This document shows, in pieces, positions 44,966-54,646 of a stretch of 64,000 nt of DNA. This DNA is from an uncultured Acidimicrobiaceae bacterium (lineage in GTDB: Bacteria > Actinomycetota > Acidimicrobiia > Acidimicrobiales > Bog-793). The notes beneath the pieces were generated by a model. That model worked only from the letters and a program-made list of their open reading frames with translations, searched no databases and was not told the DNA's origin. The translations under genes and the position numbers were made by a program. The stretch is taken from positions 189,849-253,848 of the forward strand of contig CAVZYD010000004.1 of assembly GCA_963779425.1 (NCBI GenBank), read 5' to 3'. Position 1 is the first letter of the stretch, and the number at the start of each line of letters is the position of its first letter.

Positions 44966-47211
44966 CTCGCCGCTCCTGTCTGTTCGCCCGACGGGGCGAG
45001 GTCTTGTCCGAGGACAGTTTCGCTCTGCCCGGGATCGGCGATGAGCTTGCAGTCCACGATCGCGATCCCGTCGGCCAGTGCGATCAAAGGGTTGACGTCT
45101 ATGGCGAGAACTGTCGGCTCGGCGATCAGCTCCGCCACCGCCAAGATCGCGTTGACGATGGCGGGACGGTCGAGGTTACCGGCATCCTCTTTCGCACGGA
45201 GGAGGTTGGCACACGGCGAACCAGCCACGAGAGACTCGGCCTCAGAACGGCTGAGGGGCGCCAGCGCGACCGCTACCTGCCCGACCTCTTCGACACGCAC
45301 ACCGCCCAGGCCGAAAAGGACAATCGGTCCGAACTGTTGATCGCGTAGTCCGCCCAGGAAAAGCTCGAGGCCGCCTTCCACCATGGGTTGGACGAGGACC
45401 GCCTCGCAGGCGATATCCAGCTCTCGGGCTTTCGCCATGAGGGTCCAGAAGGCCTGCCGGACAGCTTGCTCGCTCTTAAGAGCGAGAGCGACACCCCCTA
45501 TGCGGGCCCGGTGGGCCACATTGGCGTCCCACTTCAGCACGACCGGGTAGCCGAGCACGGCGGCCGCCGAGACGGCGGACTGCTCGTCGAGGGCCGTGAC
45601 CGAGCTCCAGCCGGTCAGACCGGCGGCCTCGAGACGATCCAGGGCCGCGGCGTGCTCGAGCTGGACACCGTCTCTTCCTCCGAGGGCCAGCACGCTCGCG
45701 CCCGCCACGGTACCTACCGACCCTTCCTCAAATTCAGAAGCCGCTTTCGAGCTGAGCAGGTCCTTTCCGGTTCCGGCGTTGCCCCTTTTTAAAAGCAGGC
45801 TCACGGCCCGCATCGCCGAATGCAGCCCCATGAGGCAGGCCACACCGTTCTCCTCCAGATAGTCGCGCGCGACACTGTCCACGCTCCCAGTCGTCAAGGA
45901 GATGACCACGACGGTTTTGCCGGCCTCTATCCCCGCACGGTGCGCAGCTATGACACCGTCGACGAAGGCGGGAGCGCTCTGGGACGACTCGACCCAGCCG
46001 TTCTTGGCGTCGTAGGAGGCGACGAGCACGTCAACGTCGGGATCGAGCGCCATAACGCGCGCTGCGGCGTAGTGCGTCTTCGGGTCTCCCTCGAAGATGC
46101 CCGCCCCAGTCGTGTCCAAGGGATTCGCAACGGTCGCAAAGGACGGGAGCAACGCCTGCATCTGTGCCGTGGAGGTCTCACTCAACTCGGCCAGCTCGAT
46201 CTCGTTCTCTTCGACGGCGTCGGCCAAGAGCAAGCGCTCTCCCCCCGAGGTCGTTATGACGCCCACGCGCCGGCCCTTTAGGTGCGGGCAGCGGCTGCCG
46301 AGCTCGATCAAGGCGAGCAGTTCCTCGAGATCTCTTGCCATGACGACACCCGCGCGCGAGAACAGGCCATCTTGGACGAGCGCCGAGCCCGCCAGGGCAC
46401 CGGTGTGGGTGCGCGCGGCGCGACCTCCAAGCCTTGTACGCCCGGCTTTGAGGATGACGACGAGCTTGCCCGCCCCGTTGGCCGCCTTTACGGCCGACAA
46501 GACGGCGCGCCCGTCGTCGAAACCCTCGACGTAACAGGCGATGACTTCGACGACGGGTTTGGTGGCGAAGTACTCGACAAAGTCTGCAAGACCGAGGTCG
46601 GCCTGGTTGCCCATCGTCACAACGTGACTGAAGCTGATCCGCCGCTCGGCCGCCGCACCGGTGAGGGTGCACGCGAGAGCGCCGCTGTTGGACACGAGGG
46701 CGACATTGCCGAAGTGCTTCTGCTCCACGAGGGGACCGCTGTAGGGGGCAAAGCCATCGGCATAGTTCGCGAAGCCAAGACAGTTCGGGCCTACGAGCGA
46801 CATCGAGCCGCGAGCGCTCATGAGGTCAGATTCGAGCTTCTCCCCGAGCTCGCCGACCTCCCGAAAACCAGCCGCCAACAGCACCGCTCCCGGGATGCCG
46901 AGCGCCGAAGCCTCGCGCACGATCTCGACCGTGGCGCGCTGATTCACGGCGACGACGATCATCTCCGGCGTCTCTGGCAGTTCCCCGAGACTCGCAAAGG
47001 CGGGCACGCCGGCCACGACACGATGCGACCTGTTGACGAGGAACACCGAGCCTTTGAAGCCGGCCGTGGCGAGGTTACGAACCACGTTGCGACCCGGGCC
47101 CGGGGCATCCGAGGCCCCGACGACCGCGACGGACCGCGCTTCGACGAGCCTTGTCACGCGATCGAGGCTGCTGTGTCCGGCCGGGACCGCTTTTTCAGGG
47201 CCCATGGTCAC
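44962..47211 (-). CDS. ADP-forming acyl-CoA synthetase (acetate--CoA ligase family: CoA-binding + ligase-CoA + ATP-grasp)
   Basis: Contains SVAVVGASDAPGPGRNV and GPNCLG, with a C-terminal ATP-grasp-like domain. GTGA overlap with the upstream SDR. Confidence 0.8.
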   Translation of the reverse strand: MTMGPEKAVPAGHSSLDRVTRLVEARSVAVVGASDAPGPGRNVVRNLATAGFKGSVFLVNRSHRVVAGVPAFASLGELPETPEMIVVAVNQRATVEIVREASALGIPGAVLLAAGFREVGELGEKLESDLMSARGSMSLVGPNCLGFANYADGFAPYSGPLVEQKHFGNVALVSNSGALACTLTGAAAERRISFSHVVTMGNQADLGLADFVEYFATKPVVEVIACYVEGFDDGRAVLSAVKAANGAGKLVVILKAGRTRLGGRAARTHTGALAGSALVQDGLFSRAGVVMARDLEELLALIELGSRCPHLKGRRVGVITTSGGERLLLADAVEENEIELAELSETSTAQMQALLPSFATVANPLDTTGAGIFEGDPKTHYAAARVMALDPDVDVLVASYDAKNGWVESSQSAPAFVDGVIAAHRAGIEAGKTVVVISLTTGSVDSVARDYLEENGVACLMGLHSAMRAVSLLLKRGNAGTGKDLLSSKAASEFEEGSVGTVAGASVLALGGRDGVQLEHAAALDRLEAAGLTGWSSVTALDEQSAVSAAAVLGYPVVLKWDANVAHRARIGGVALALKSEQAVRQAFWTLMAKARELDIACEAVLVQPMVEGGLELFLGGLRDQQFGPIVLFGLGGVRVEEVGQVAVALAPLSRSEAESLVAGSPCANLLRAKEDAGNLDRPAIVNAILAVAELIAEPTVLAIDVNPLIALADGIAIVDCKLIADPGQSETVLGQDLAPSGEQTGAAR

Positions 47212-47957
47212 CTACACACCATTCCCCCGCTGACCCCGAACACGCGGCCGGTTATGTACCCCGCTCCCTCTGACAAAAGGAAGCTGATCGTGGCCGCCAC
47301 TTCCTCGGGTCGCCCGTAGCGGCGGAGGGGAATCTTCGTCAGCTCATGGGCCCGAATCTCATCGCTGTCGCCCGCTGTCATCGGCGTGTCGACGAGTCCG
47401 GGCGCGACTACGTTCACCGTGATGCCTGACTCGGCCGTCTCTAGGGCGAGCGACATGCTGTAGCCGATCAAGGCGGCCTTCGCCGCGCAGTAATGGCTGA
47501 ACCCGATGGAGCCGACCTCGGCACAGTAAGACGAGATGTTCACGATGCGCCCGAAACCGGCCTGTTCCATGCCGTCGAGCGTGGCAAGCACGCAATGCAC
47601 CGCCCCGATCAAGTGCACATCCAGCATCTCGCGCCAGTCATCGACCGGAATGTCCCGAAACAGTCTCTTCGCGCTCCCGATGCCCGCGTTGTTGACCACT
47701 GCGAGAACTGGGCCTAGTCGGGACGCGTCCTTCACGGCTTCTTGGACGTCTTTGAGCGAGGTGACATCAACACAGTAGGTAGCGATTCGCTTTGCCCACT
47801 GTTCGGTCTCGGCTCTAAAGGCGTCGAGACGAACCTCGTCCCGGTCGCAAGCGGCCACATTCCAGCCTGACTCGACAAGGGCCATGACGTCGGCCTTCCC
47901 CATTCCGCCAGCGGCGCCGGTCACGAGCGCTACCTTTTCCTTCGGCGACGAGCTCAT
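47208..47957 (-). CDS. SDR family oxidoreductase
   Basis: Contains VTGAAGGMG, NNAGI and YCAAKAA. Confidence 0.85.
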   Translation of the reverse strand: MSSSPKEKVALVTGAAGGMGKADVMALVESGWNVAACDRDEVRLDAFRAETEQWAKRIATYCVDVTSLKDVQEAVKDASRLGPVLAVVNNAGIGSAKRLFRDIPVDDWREMLDVHLIGAVHCVLATLDGMEQAGFGRIVNISSYCAEVGSIGFSHYCAAKAALIGYSMSLALETAESGITVNVVAPGLVDTPMTAGDSDEIRAHELTKIPLRRYGRPEEVAATISFLLSEGAGYITGRVFGVSGGMVCR

Positions 47958-47991
47958 CGGATCCACATCTCCTTTTCTTCGGGCACGGCCT

Positions 47992-48870
47992 TCAGGTACG
48001 GACCTCTGATGACCGGCTCCACGGGACAACCAGCCGCTCGACCACGACGACTAGGCCGAAAGCGACAAGCACGAGCAACGACGAGGCCACAATCGATGCC
48101 CAAAGCAGCGGGGTGTTGAACTGGTAAGTCGAGTTGATGATCATGTAGCCGAGCCCGGTGTCGCTACTGATCCACTCCACGATGATGGCGCCCACCATGG
48201 AGGCGCTGGCCGTAATCCGCAGGCCGGCGAAGAGGTAGGGCAACGAGGTGGGCCAGCGCAGCTTCGTGAGCACCTTCCAACGGCTGGCATCGACGCTCTG
48301 GAACAGCTGCAACATGTTGGTGTCTACAGACGCGAGACCCCGCATCATGTTCACCAGCGTCGGGAAGAACGAGATGATCGCCGTCATCACGACCTTGGTC
48401 GTGAAGCCGTCGCCCAAGGTGACGAGGAAGATCGGTGCAAGGGCCACAAGGGGAATGCTCTGCAGGATGATCGCCAGCGGATAGAGCGCTCTGCGAGCAG
48501 CACTCACGTGCACGAACCACACGGACATGATCACCGCGAGGGCGTTGCCGATCGCGAAGCCTGTCGCCGCCTGGGCAATCGTCGGCACGCTGTTGTCGGC
48601 GATGGACCGGAAGTTGACCTTGAACGTCGAGGCGATCTTGAGCGGCGAGGGGATGAAATAGGGCTTCAATCCGAGCACCTGGACAAGGATCTGCCACAAG
48701 ATGAGGATGGCGACTACGACGACGAGCGGTATTGCCCACGTCGCCGAGCGTCGTGCGAGGCTCGCCCTTGCCCGCGATCGGCCCGTGTCCGCTAAGCCCT
48801 GCGAGAGCGCGGTCCCTTCCGCGCCCACAGGGCCGGCGCCGTCGGCCGTGTCAGTGGATGAGGACTTCAC
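47992..48870 (-). CDS. ABC transporter permease (NitT/TauT family type)
   Basis: About six TM segments of a binding-protein-dependent transport permease. The start overlaps the ATPase gene end by 20 nt. Confidence 0.8.
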   Translation of the reverse strand: MKSSSTDTADGAGPVGAEGTALSQGLADTGRSRARASLARRSATWAIPLVVVVAILILWQILVQVLGLKPYFIPSPLKIASTFKVNFRSIADNSVPTIAQAATGFAIGNALAVIMSVWFVHVSAARRALYPLAIILQSIPLVALAPIFLVTLGDGFTTKVVMTAIISFFPTLVNMMRGLASVDTNMLQLFQSVDASRWKVLTKLRWPTSLPYLFAGLRITASASMVGAIIVEWISSDTGLGYMIINSTYQFNTPLLWASIVASSLLVLVAFGLVVVVERLVVPWSRSSEVRT

Positions 48871-49676
48871 GCAGGTACCTTCTTAGCTGTAGGAATTCCG
48901 CCGACACCCTCATCGCATCGGTCCGCGGCCTCGGCAGGTTGACCTCGACGCGCTCGAGGATCCTCCCCGGCGCGGCGCTCATGACCATCACCGTGTCGGA
49001 AAGGAAGACCGCTTCTTCGATGTGGTGAGTCACAAAGAGAACCGAACAGTGCCGCTCGACCCAGATCCGCAAGAGCTCGCTGTTCAAGAGCTCTCTTTGG
49101 AACTCGTCCAGGGCGGAGAAGGGCTCGTCCATGAGCAGGATCGCCGGCTCCAGTGCGAGCGCCCTCGCGATCGAGACGCGCTGGCGCATGCCGCCTGACA
49201 ATTGATCGGGACGGAAGTCCTCACATCCCCGCAGCCCGACCAGTTCCAGCAGCTCGCGTGCCCGCGATCTTCGTTCCAAAGGCGGCAGGCTGACGAGCTC
49301 GGTGAGAAGCTCGACGTTTTCCTGCACCGAGCGCCACGGCAACAGCACCGGGTCCTGGAACACGAACCCGAACCGGTGCGCCCGCTGCGCCACGATGGGT
49401 GAGCGCCCCTCGACGAGAACCTCTCCCGAGGTCGGGTCCAAGATGCCCGCGACGATGCGCAAGAGCGTCGACTTCCCGCAGCCGGAAGGACCGATGAGAC
49501 TCACGAACTGGCCCTGCTGCATCGAGATGGACACGCCTTCGAGCGCCGCGAAGCGGCGGGCGGGTCGAGTACGTCAACCCGACGTCTTTCAGCTCGACAA
49601 GCGAGCTGGGATCGGCGAGCCCGAAGGCTGCGCCGACCCCAGCCTTCTTGTCAGACCGGAGTAACCGTTGCCGCAC
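48851..49676 (-). pseudogene. ABC ATP-binding protein (NitT/TauT type), one frameshift near 49550-49565
   Basis: The N-terminus LVELKDVGLTYSTRP is in the frame of ORF 49221..49676. The rest (RFAALEGVSISMQQGQFVSLIGPSGCGKSTLL, LSGGMRQRVSIA, LLMDEPFSALD) is in the frame of ORF 48851..49534. The switch falls inside acccgcccgccgc. Confidence 0.8.
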
Positions 49677-50730
49677 GGTTCAAGATGTCCTGGGTCATGA
49701 CGTCGGCGACCGTCACCGGCTTGGCCAGTGCCTTCGAGGCCGCTGCGGCGTTGATGGCCGCTTGCATGACGCTCGTCTCGATCCACATGATGCCGTGAGC
49801 CTTCGTCCCGGCGTTAGTCAGCATCGGTATTTGCGCGGCCATCTGCAGCTTTTGCTGCGTGGCGTTCTGGCCGGAGGGGTAGTCGTCGAGCGTGATCTTC
49901 ACCGCTTCGGCCGGATTCGCTATGGCGTACCCCCAACCTTCCTGGGAAGCCCTGGTAAAGCGCGCCAAAAGCTCCGGGCTGGACTTGAGCGTGTCGTCCG
50001 TCGCGATCAGGCAGTCACCGTAGCCGGGCAGGCCTATGTTGGAGAACGAGTAGCACCTCGTAGCAATACCCTGCATCTTGAGGGCGATCGGCTCGTTGAA
50101 GACATAGGCGGTGTAGGCGTCGATCTTGTGCTCGACAAGTGGCGTCGGGTCATCACCGATGACCTGCAGGGTGACTTCGTCGACCGGCACGTGGTTCGCC
50201 TGCAAGATGCCCAGCACCTGCTGGCGGGCGTTGTCCTGCATCCCGATGATCTTGCCCTTCAAATCCTGGATGTTGTAGATGCCTGAATTCGCCAGCACAA
50301 GGAGACATCCGGGATTCTGCTGGAAACTCGCACCGAAGCACTTGTAAGGGACGCCTTCGGATATCCCGATGATCATGTCACTCGTCTCGGAGACGACACC
50401 AGTCAGCGCACCGCCATTTGCCACGACCTGACGGGGGTCGGTCGTCGCGCCGGCGGAGACGATGTCGACGTCCAGACCGTACTTCTTGTAGTAGCCCTTC
50501 TTCGCCGCGCAGTAGAACCCGACGAATTCGGCATTGTTGATGTAGCTCTCCTGCAACGACATGTGCGTCATCGTCACTGGTGCGGTGGTCGTCGTCGGCG
50601 GCGTCGAGTTGCTGCTGCAGGCGTCGAGCAGACCGCCTCCGACCGACAAGAGCCCGATACCGGCAACTGCGCTTCCGGACCTTACGAGAAACGACCTACG
50701 GTCCATTCCGCCACTCTGTGATGGTTCCAC
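49651..50730 (-). CDS. ABC substrate-binding lipoprotein (NMT1/THI5-like, NitT/TauT family) with Tat-type signal
   Basis: The signal is MDRRSFLVRSGSAVAGIGLL followed by the lipobox LLDAC. The start is either the GTG at 50730 or the ATG at 50706. Confidence 0.75.
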   Translation of the reverse strand: MEPSQSGGMDRRSFLVRSGSAVAGIGLLSVGGGLLDACSSNSTPPTTTTAPVTMTHMSLQESYINNAEFVGFYCAAKKGYYKKYGLDVDIVSAGATTDPRQVVANGGALTGVVSETSDMIIGISEGVPYKCFGASFQQNPGCLLVLANSGIYNIQDLKGKIIGMQDNARQQVLGILQANHVPVDEVTLQVIGDDPTPLVEHKIDAYTAYVFNEPIALKMQGIATRCYSFSNIGLPGYGDCLIATDDTLKSSPELLARFTRASQEGWGYAIANPAEAVKITLDDYPSGQNATQQKLQMAAQIPMLTNAGTKAHGIMWIETSVMQAAINAAAASKALAKPVTVADVMTQDILNRAATVTPV

Positions 50731-50795
50731 TAGTGCCCTCTCTCTCTCTTTAGTTCGTGCTTGCTCACTGCTCTCTCCTTTAAATCTCCAACGAC

Positions 50796-51608
50796 TTACT
50801 TGTCACCAACTTCCTCACGTGCGCCGTCCCGCTTAAGTAGAAACTCTTTCAACGGCATCGACTGCCGTTGGGCTTCTTGCTCTCTGTATGCTGCCGTCGC
50901 ATTCATCACCGTTGAGATCGTGAAGTTCTCGTCCACCGCACTGAGGAAGCCCATCCGTTCGTAAGTCCGGTTCAGCGCGAGCTTGGTGAACTTGAGGGCG
51001 GCCGCTGGGACGGCGGCGAGATCGCCGGCAACCTTGAGCGAAGAGCTCTCCAACTCGTCCTCATCAACTACCTCGGTCACAAGACCAATCTCGACAGCGC
51101 GTCTGGCGTCGATGCGCTGGCCCGTCAGCATCAGCCATTTCGCTGCCTTCATGCCCACGACCCAAGGAAGCATCGCCGCGCCGGGACCTCCGCCGTGGCG
51201 GATCTCGGGAAGACCGAACTGGGCTGCCGGAGACGCCAAGGTGATATCTGCGAGGAGGGACAGCTCCAAAGCCCCGCCCAGGTCATAACCGTGCACGACG
51301 GCTATGTAGGGCTTCGAGCTCTTCCAGATCTTCAAGAACACGTTCCAATCCTGTTGGAAACGTCCCGCCCATTCCTCGACCGATATGGCGCCCTCGGCCG
51401 CCTCGGCCTTGAGGTCGAAACCGGCAGAAAAGGCGCGACCAGCTCCCCTCAGGATTACGACCCTTACAGTCTCGTCCCGTTCCAATGTGTCCGTCGCGAG
51501 GGAAAGGTCCTCAAGGAGCTCTCTGTTGATGGCATTGAGCACATGCGGTCGATTGAGCGTCAGCCGACCGACACCATTTGCGGGATAGTCAATCTCTATC
51601 GCGGTCAC
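50796..51608 (-). CDS. Enoyl-CoA hydratase/isomerase (crotonase) family
   Basis: Contains LNRPHVLNAI, VVILRGAGRAFSAGFDL and GGALELSLLAD. GTGA overlap with the upstream gene. Confidence 0.85.
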   Translation of the reverse strand: MTAIEIDYPANGVGRLTLNRPHVLNAINRELLEDLSLATDTLERDETVRVVILRGAGRAFSAGFDLKAEAAEGAISVEEWAGRFQQDWNVFLKIWKSSKPYIAVVHGYDLGGALELSLLADITLASPAAQFGLPEIRHGGGPGAAMLPWVVGMKAAKWLMLTGQRIDARRAVEIGLVTEVVDEDELESSSLKVAGDLAAVPAAALKFTKLALNRTYERMGFLSAVDENFTISTVMNATAAYREQEAQRQSMPLKEFLLKRDGAREEVGDK

Positions 51609-53590
51609 AGCCCGTTCACCTTGTCACTAGTCACGGTCTTTCTCATGTGCACCTTCGCGTCCACCACCATCGCCCCCGAAGGGCCGAGCACGACAGGATT
51701 GAGGTCGAGAGCGACGAGTGGCCCCTGCAACCTCTCCGCCAGCGCCACGGCTTTGTGGGCGACATCGACGAGGAGTTCGAGGTCTACGAGCCGGCCGCCC
51801 AAAGGGCTCATCAGCCAACGACCCGAGCGCGTCTCTTTGATGCACCTGCGGATGGCCACTCGATCCGGCAGGCCTATCTTCATGGAGACGTCCTGGTCCT
51901 CCTCGAGGGCGGGGCCACCGGCTCCGATGATGAACAACGGCCCGAACACGGGGTCGACGTTGATGCCGACGTAGAACTCCAGGCCGGGCTGGGCAAGTGG
52001 CTGGGCGAGCACGTCACCGATACGGGTGAGTCTTTCGAACTCGGCCCTGGCACCGGCGCGGCTCGTGACGGTGGCAACGCCTGAAGGGCCGCGATGTTCG
52101 GCCCCCGCCAGCTTTAGGACGAGGGGCAGTTTCAATTCCGAGACGATGGCCTCCAAGCGCTCGGGCGTTTCGACCCCGAGGAGAGCAAGCACCGGAATCC
52201 CGGCCTCGGCCAGCAACGAGTGTGCACCGAGGTCCGCCATGAGAGTGCCTTCGGCCTGAGCTCTGCCGGAGGGTGCTCGAGAGGTCTTTCTCGTGGCCGA
52301 AAGGGCGTGCAGGAAAGACTCGAGGCCCCTCGCGTAGGTGTTCCCCTCGGCCACCCACGCTCGCCAGGCGTGGTCGTACTGTCCGCTGCACTCCGTACAA
52401 AGGTGCAACCGCTCCCTCGACTCCTCGTCGAGGGCGGCAAGCTTGGCGAGAAGGCCCTCCAGGTCGGGCTTGTCGTTTAGGACCAGGATCACGCCGTCCG
52501 ACGAAGAGTCCCTGGCGAGAGCCCTGACCGCGGCGACGCTTTCGTCTGTGGTCATGGGGACGGCGTCGATGTCGACGGGGTTGGTCAACGGACCTTGTCG
52601 GTTCGCGCCGGGGAAGACCTCGAGACTCGGGCTCGGCGCGACAAGGGCGAGACCTTCATCAGAGGCAATGTCGGCTGCAATGGCCGCCAGGCCTCCTGAC
52701 ACGGTGGCGAAGCACCAGCTCTTGCCGGTCACGGTCGCGGCTTGCATGCACGCCAAGAGCTCGGAGGGATGGGTGGCGACCATCACCCCGAGCTCCTTGG
52801 CGAGGGAGCAAAAGGCCCGTCCATCGCCGGCCAGCGCGCCGGAATGCCCCGCCGCCGCCACGCTGCCCGAGTCTGTGAGACCGCCCTTTAGGACCACGAG
52901 CTTGCACCCGGCGCCCGCGAGGGACTCGGCCGCGGTGGCGAACAACTGGACATCTAAGTCCTCGATGTGCGCCCCGACGGCCAGGTACTCACCCTTTGTG
53001 CTCAGCGCTGCCAGGAGATGCTCCACGCGCACTTGCAACTGACTGCCCGTTGCCACGCAGAATCCGAGCCCTATGCCCTGTTCGACGGCCCGTGCGTGCA
53101 GGACCCCCATCAGGGCTCCGCTTTGAGCGACAAGGGCGAGAGGTCCGCGACGCGGAGCCCATTCCAAGCTCACCGAGCTCGACAGGACCACCCCGTCGTT
53201 CGCATTGATCAAACCGAGGCTTCCCGGTCCGAGCAAGGTCATGCCGCCCTCGTCGACGAGGCGCCCAAGGTCTGAACGCGTCTCTCGCGGGACCTGGGAG
53301 AAGACCAGTGCCGCCCTCGCCCCGATGGAGATCGACTCCGAGACGAGGTCTCTCACAGTGGCGGCGGGAGTGGCGAGAACTACCACGTCCGGCGTCTGTG
53401 CGAGGTCGCTGAGCGTGGGGACGACGGTGTCGTCCTTGAGCGCACCGGCCCGGACGTTGACGGCCGTCTTGGCGACGTTCGAGTACTTGTCCAGATAGTG
53501 CCAGATGCGCCCGCCGAAGGTGTCGCAGTCGTCGTTCGCGCCGACGACGGCCACCGAGCGCGGCCGCATCAAGGCATCGAGGTCGAGCAT
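51605..53590 (-). CDS. ADP-forming acyl-CoA synthetase (acetate--CoA ligase family), second copy
   Basis: Contains SVAVVGANDDCDTFGG and a C-terminal ATP-grasp-like domain. Length 661 aa. Confidence 0.75.
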   Translation of the reverse strand: MLDLDALMRPRSVAVVGANDDCDTFGGRIWHYLDKYSNVAKTAVNVRAGALKDDTVVPTLSDLAQTPDVVVLATPAATVRDLVSESISIGARAALVFSQVPRETRSDLGRLVDEGGMTLLGPGSLGLINANDGVVLSSSVSLEWAPRRGPLALVAQSGALMGVLHARAVEQGIGLGFCVATGSQLQVRVEHLLAALSTKGEYLAVGAHIEDLDVQLFATAAESLAGAGCKLVVLKGGLTDSGSVAAAGHSGALAGDGRAFCSLAKELGVMVATHPSELLACMQAATVTGKSWCFATVSGGLAAIAADIASDEGLALVAPSPSLEVFPGANRQGPLTNPVDIDAVPMTTDESVAAVRALARDSSSDGVILVLNDKPDLEGLLAKLAALDEESRERLHLCTECSGQYDHAWRAWVAEGNTYARGLESFLHALSATRKTSRAPSGRAQAEGTLMADLGAHSLLAEAGIPVLALLGVETPERLEAIVSELKLPLVLKLAGAEHRGPSGVATVTSRAGARAEFERLTRIGDVLAQPLAQPGLEFYVGINVDPVFGPLFIIGAGGPALEEDQDVSMKIGLPDRVAIRRCIKETRSGRWLMSPLGGRLVDLELLVDVAHKAVALAERLQGPLVALDLNPVVLGPSGAMVVDAKVHMRKTVTSDKVNGL

Positions 53591-53593
53591 GTC

Positions 53594-54583
53594 TCAAGTG
53601 CTCAGTTCGCTGCGCAACAGGCCCCTCAGCCGCTGGACCCAATCCGTCTCGGGGACGTACACCAGCTCGATCGACTTCGAAGGCAAGAACGCTTGAGACT
53701 CGAGGGTCTGGCGGGCGAGGGTTCCGTAGACGACGCAGTCCACCGACTGCATCAAAAGCGGTATCTGACGGGTGTCACGACAAGACAGGCCGCCGACGAT
53801 ACTCACCTCCGGATTGCTCTCCACGACACAAGAGATCAATCCGTCCACGAAATCGGGGAGGCTGGCGAGAATTCCGACCCGGCAGCCAGTCTCGAGGTCT
53901 GCCAGGCGTTCTTTGACGTCTGGCCGCGGCATGGCGAGTATCGGGATCACCGGCACCCCGTGACGGATGAGAAGCGGCTGAATGTAACTGAGGTCGAACA
54001 CGAGACCGAGAACATGGCGTGCCTTGTGCAAACGGGGTAGCCATCCCTCGAGGTCCTCGGCGACCTCCTCCAAAACGACGGGCACGATGTCTACGCGCAT
54101 ATCGCTCAGAGACTGGCGGAGCTCTGTTGCCAGCTCGTTTATGCGACCCTGGCGCTTGCAGATGAGGATCAGCTCGATGTGGGCGAGCTTGGCGCGCATC
54201 TCCGCGATCTCCGCCAACAGGATCTGCAGGACCTGGTCCAAACCGACGCCCTCGTCGACCGCGTCGTTGAGGAACTTGATGGCACGACTACGTATCTCGG
54301 CGTGCGGGCCGGCTTGGCTGTCGGCGGTCGATAAGACGAAGAAACCGACACCGGGATGCGAAACGGCGAGGCTGGCGATCTCGAGCTCTCTGTAAGCCCT
54401 TGTCACGGTCACCGGGCTCACCCCGAGAGCACTCGCCACTTCTCGTACGGACGGCAAGCGGCTGCCCGGGGCGAGCCGTCCGGTGCATATCTCGTACTCG
54501 AACTGGCTCTTGATCTGCACAAAGGGCTTGACTGGCGAGTCGCGGCGCAGGTGGAATCGGTCGAGCACAGACCCGGACGGCAC
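53594..54583 (-). CDS. GntR-family HTH regulator with unassigned C-terminal domain
   Basis: HTH region is RLPSVREVASALGVSPVTVTRAYRELE. Its stop lies 3 nt before the next ATG, so it appears cotranscribed as the first gene of the operon. Confidence 0.75.
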   Translation of the reverse strand: MPSGSVLDRFHLRRDSPVKPFVQIKSQFEYEICTGRLAPGSRLPSVREVASALGVSPVTVTRAYRELEIASLAVSHPGVGFFVLSTADSQAGPHAEIRSRAIKFLNDAVDEGVGLDQVLQILLAEIAEMRAKLAHIELILICKRQGRINELATELRQSLSDMRVDIVPVVLEEVAEDLEGWLPRLHKARHVLGLVFDLSYIQPLLIRHGVPVIPILAMPRPDVKERLADLETGCRVGILASLPDFVDGLISCVVESNPEVSIVGGLSCRDTRQIPLLMQSVDCVVYGTLARQTLESQAFLPSKSIELVYVPETDWVQRLRGLLRSELST

Positions 54584-54646
54584 AGCGCGTACTATATCGC
54601 GGTAGTACGGACCTGCCTAGGCTCTAGTTGCCGGGCTCGGGTTGCC

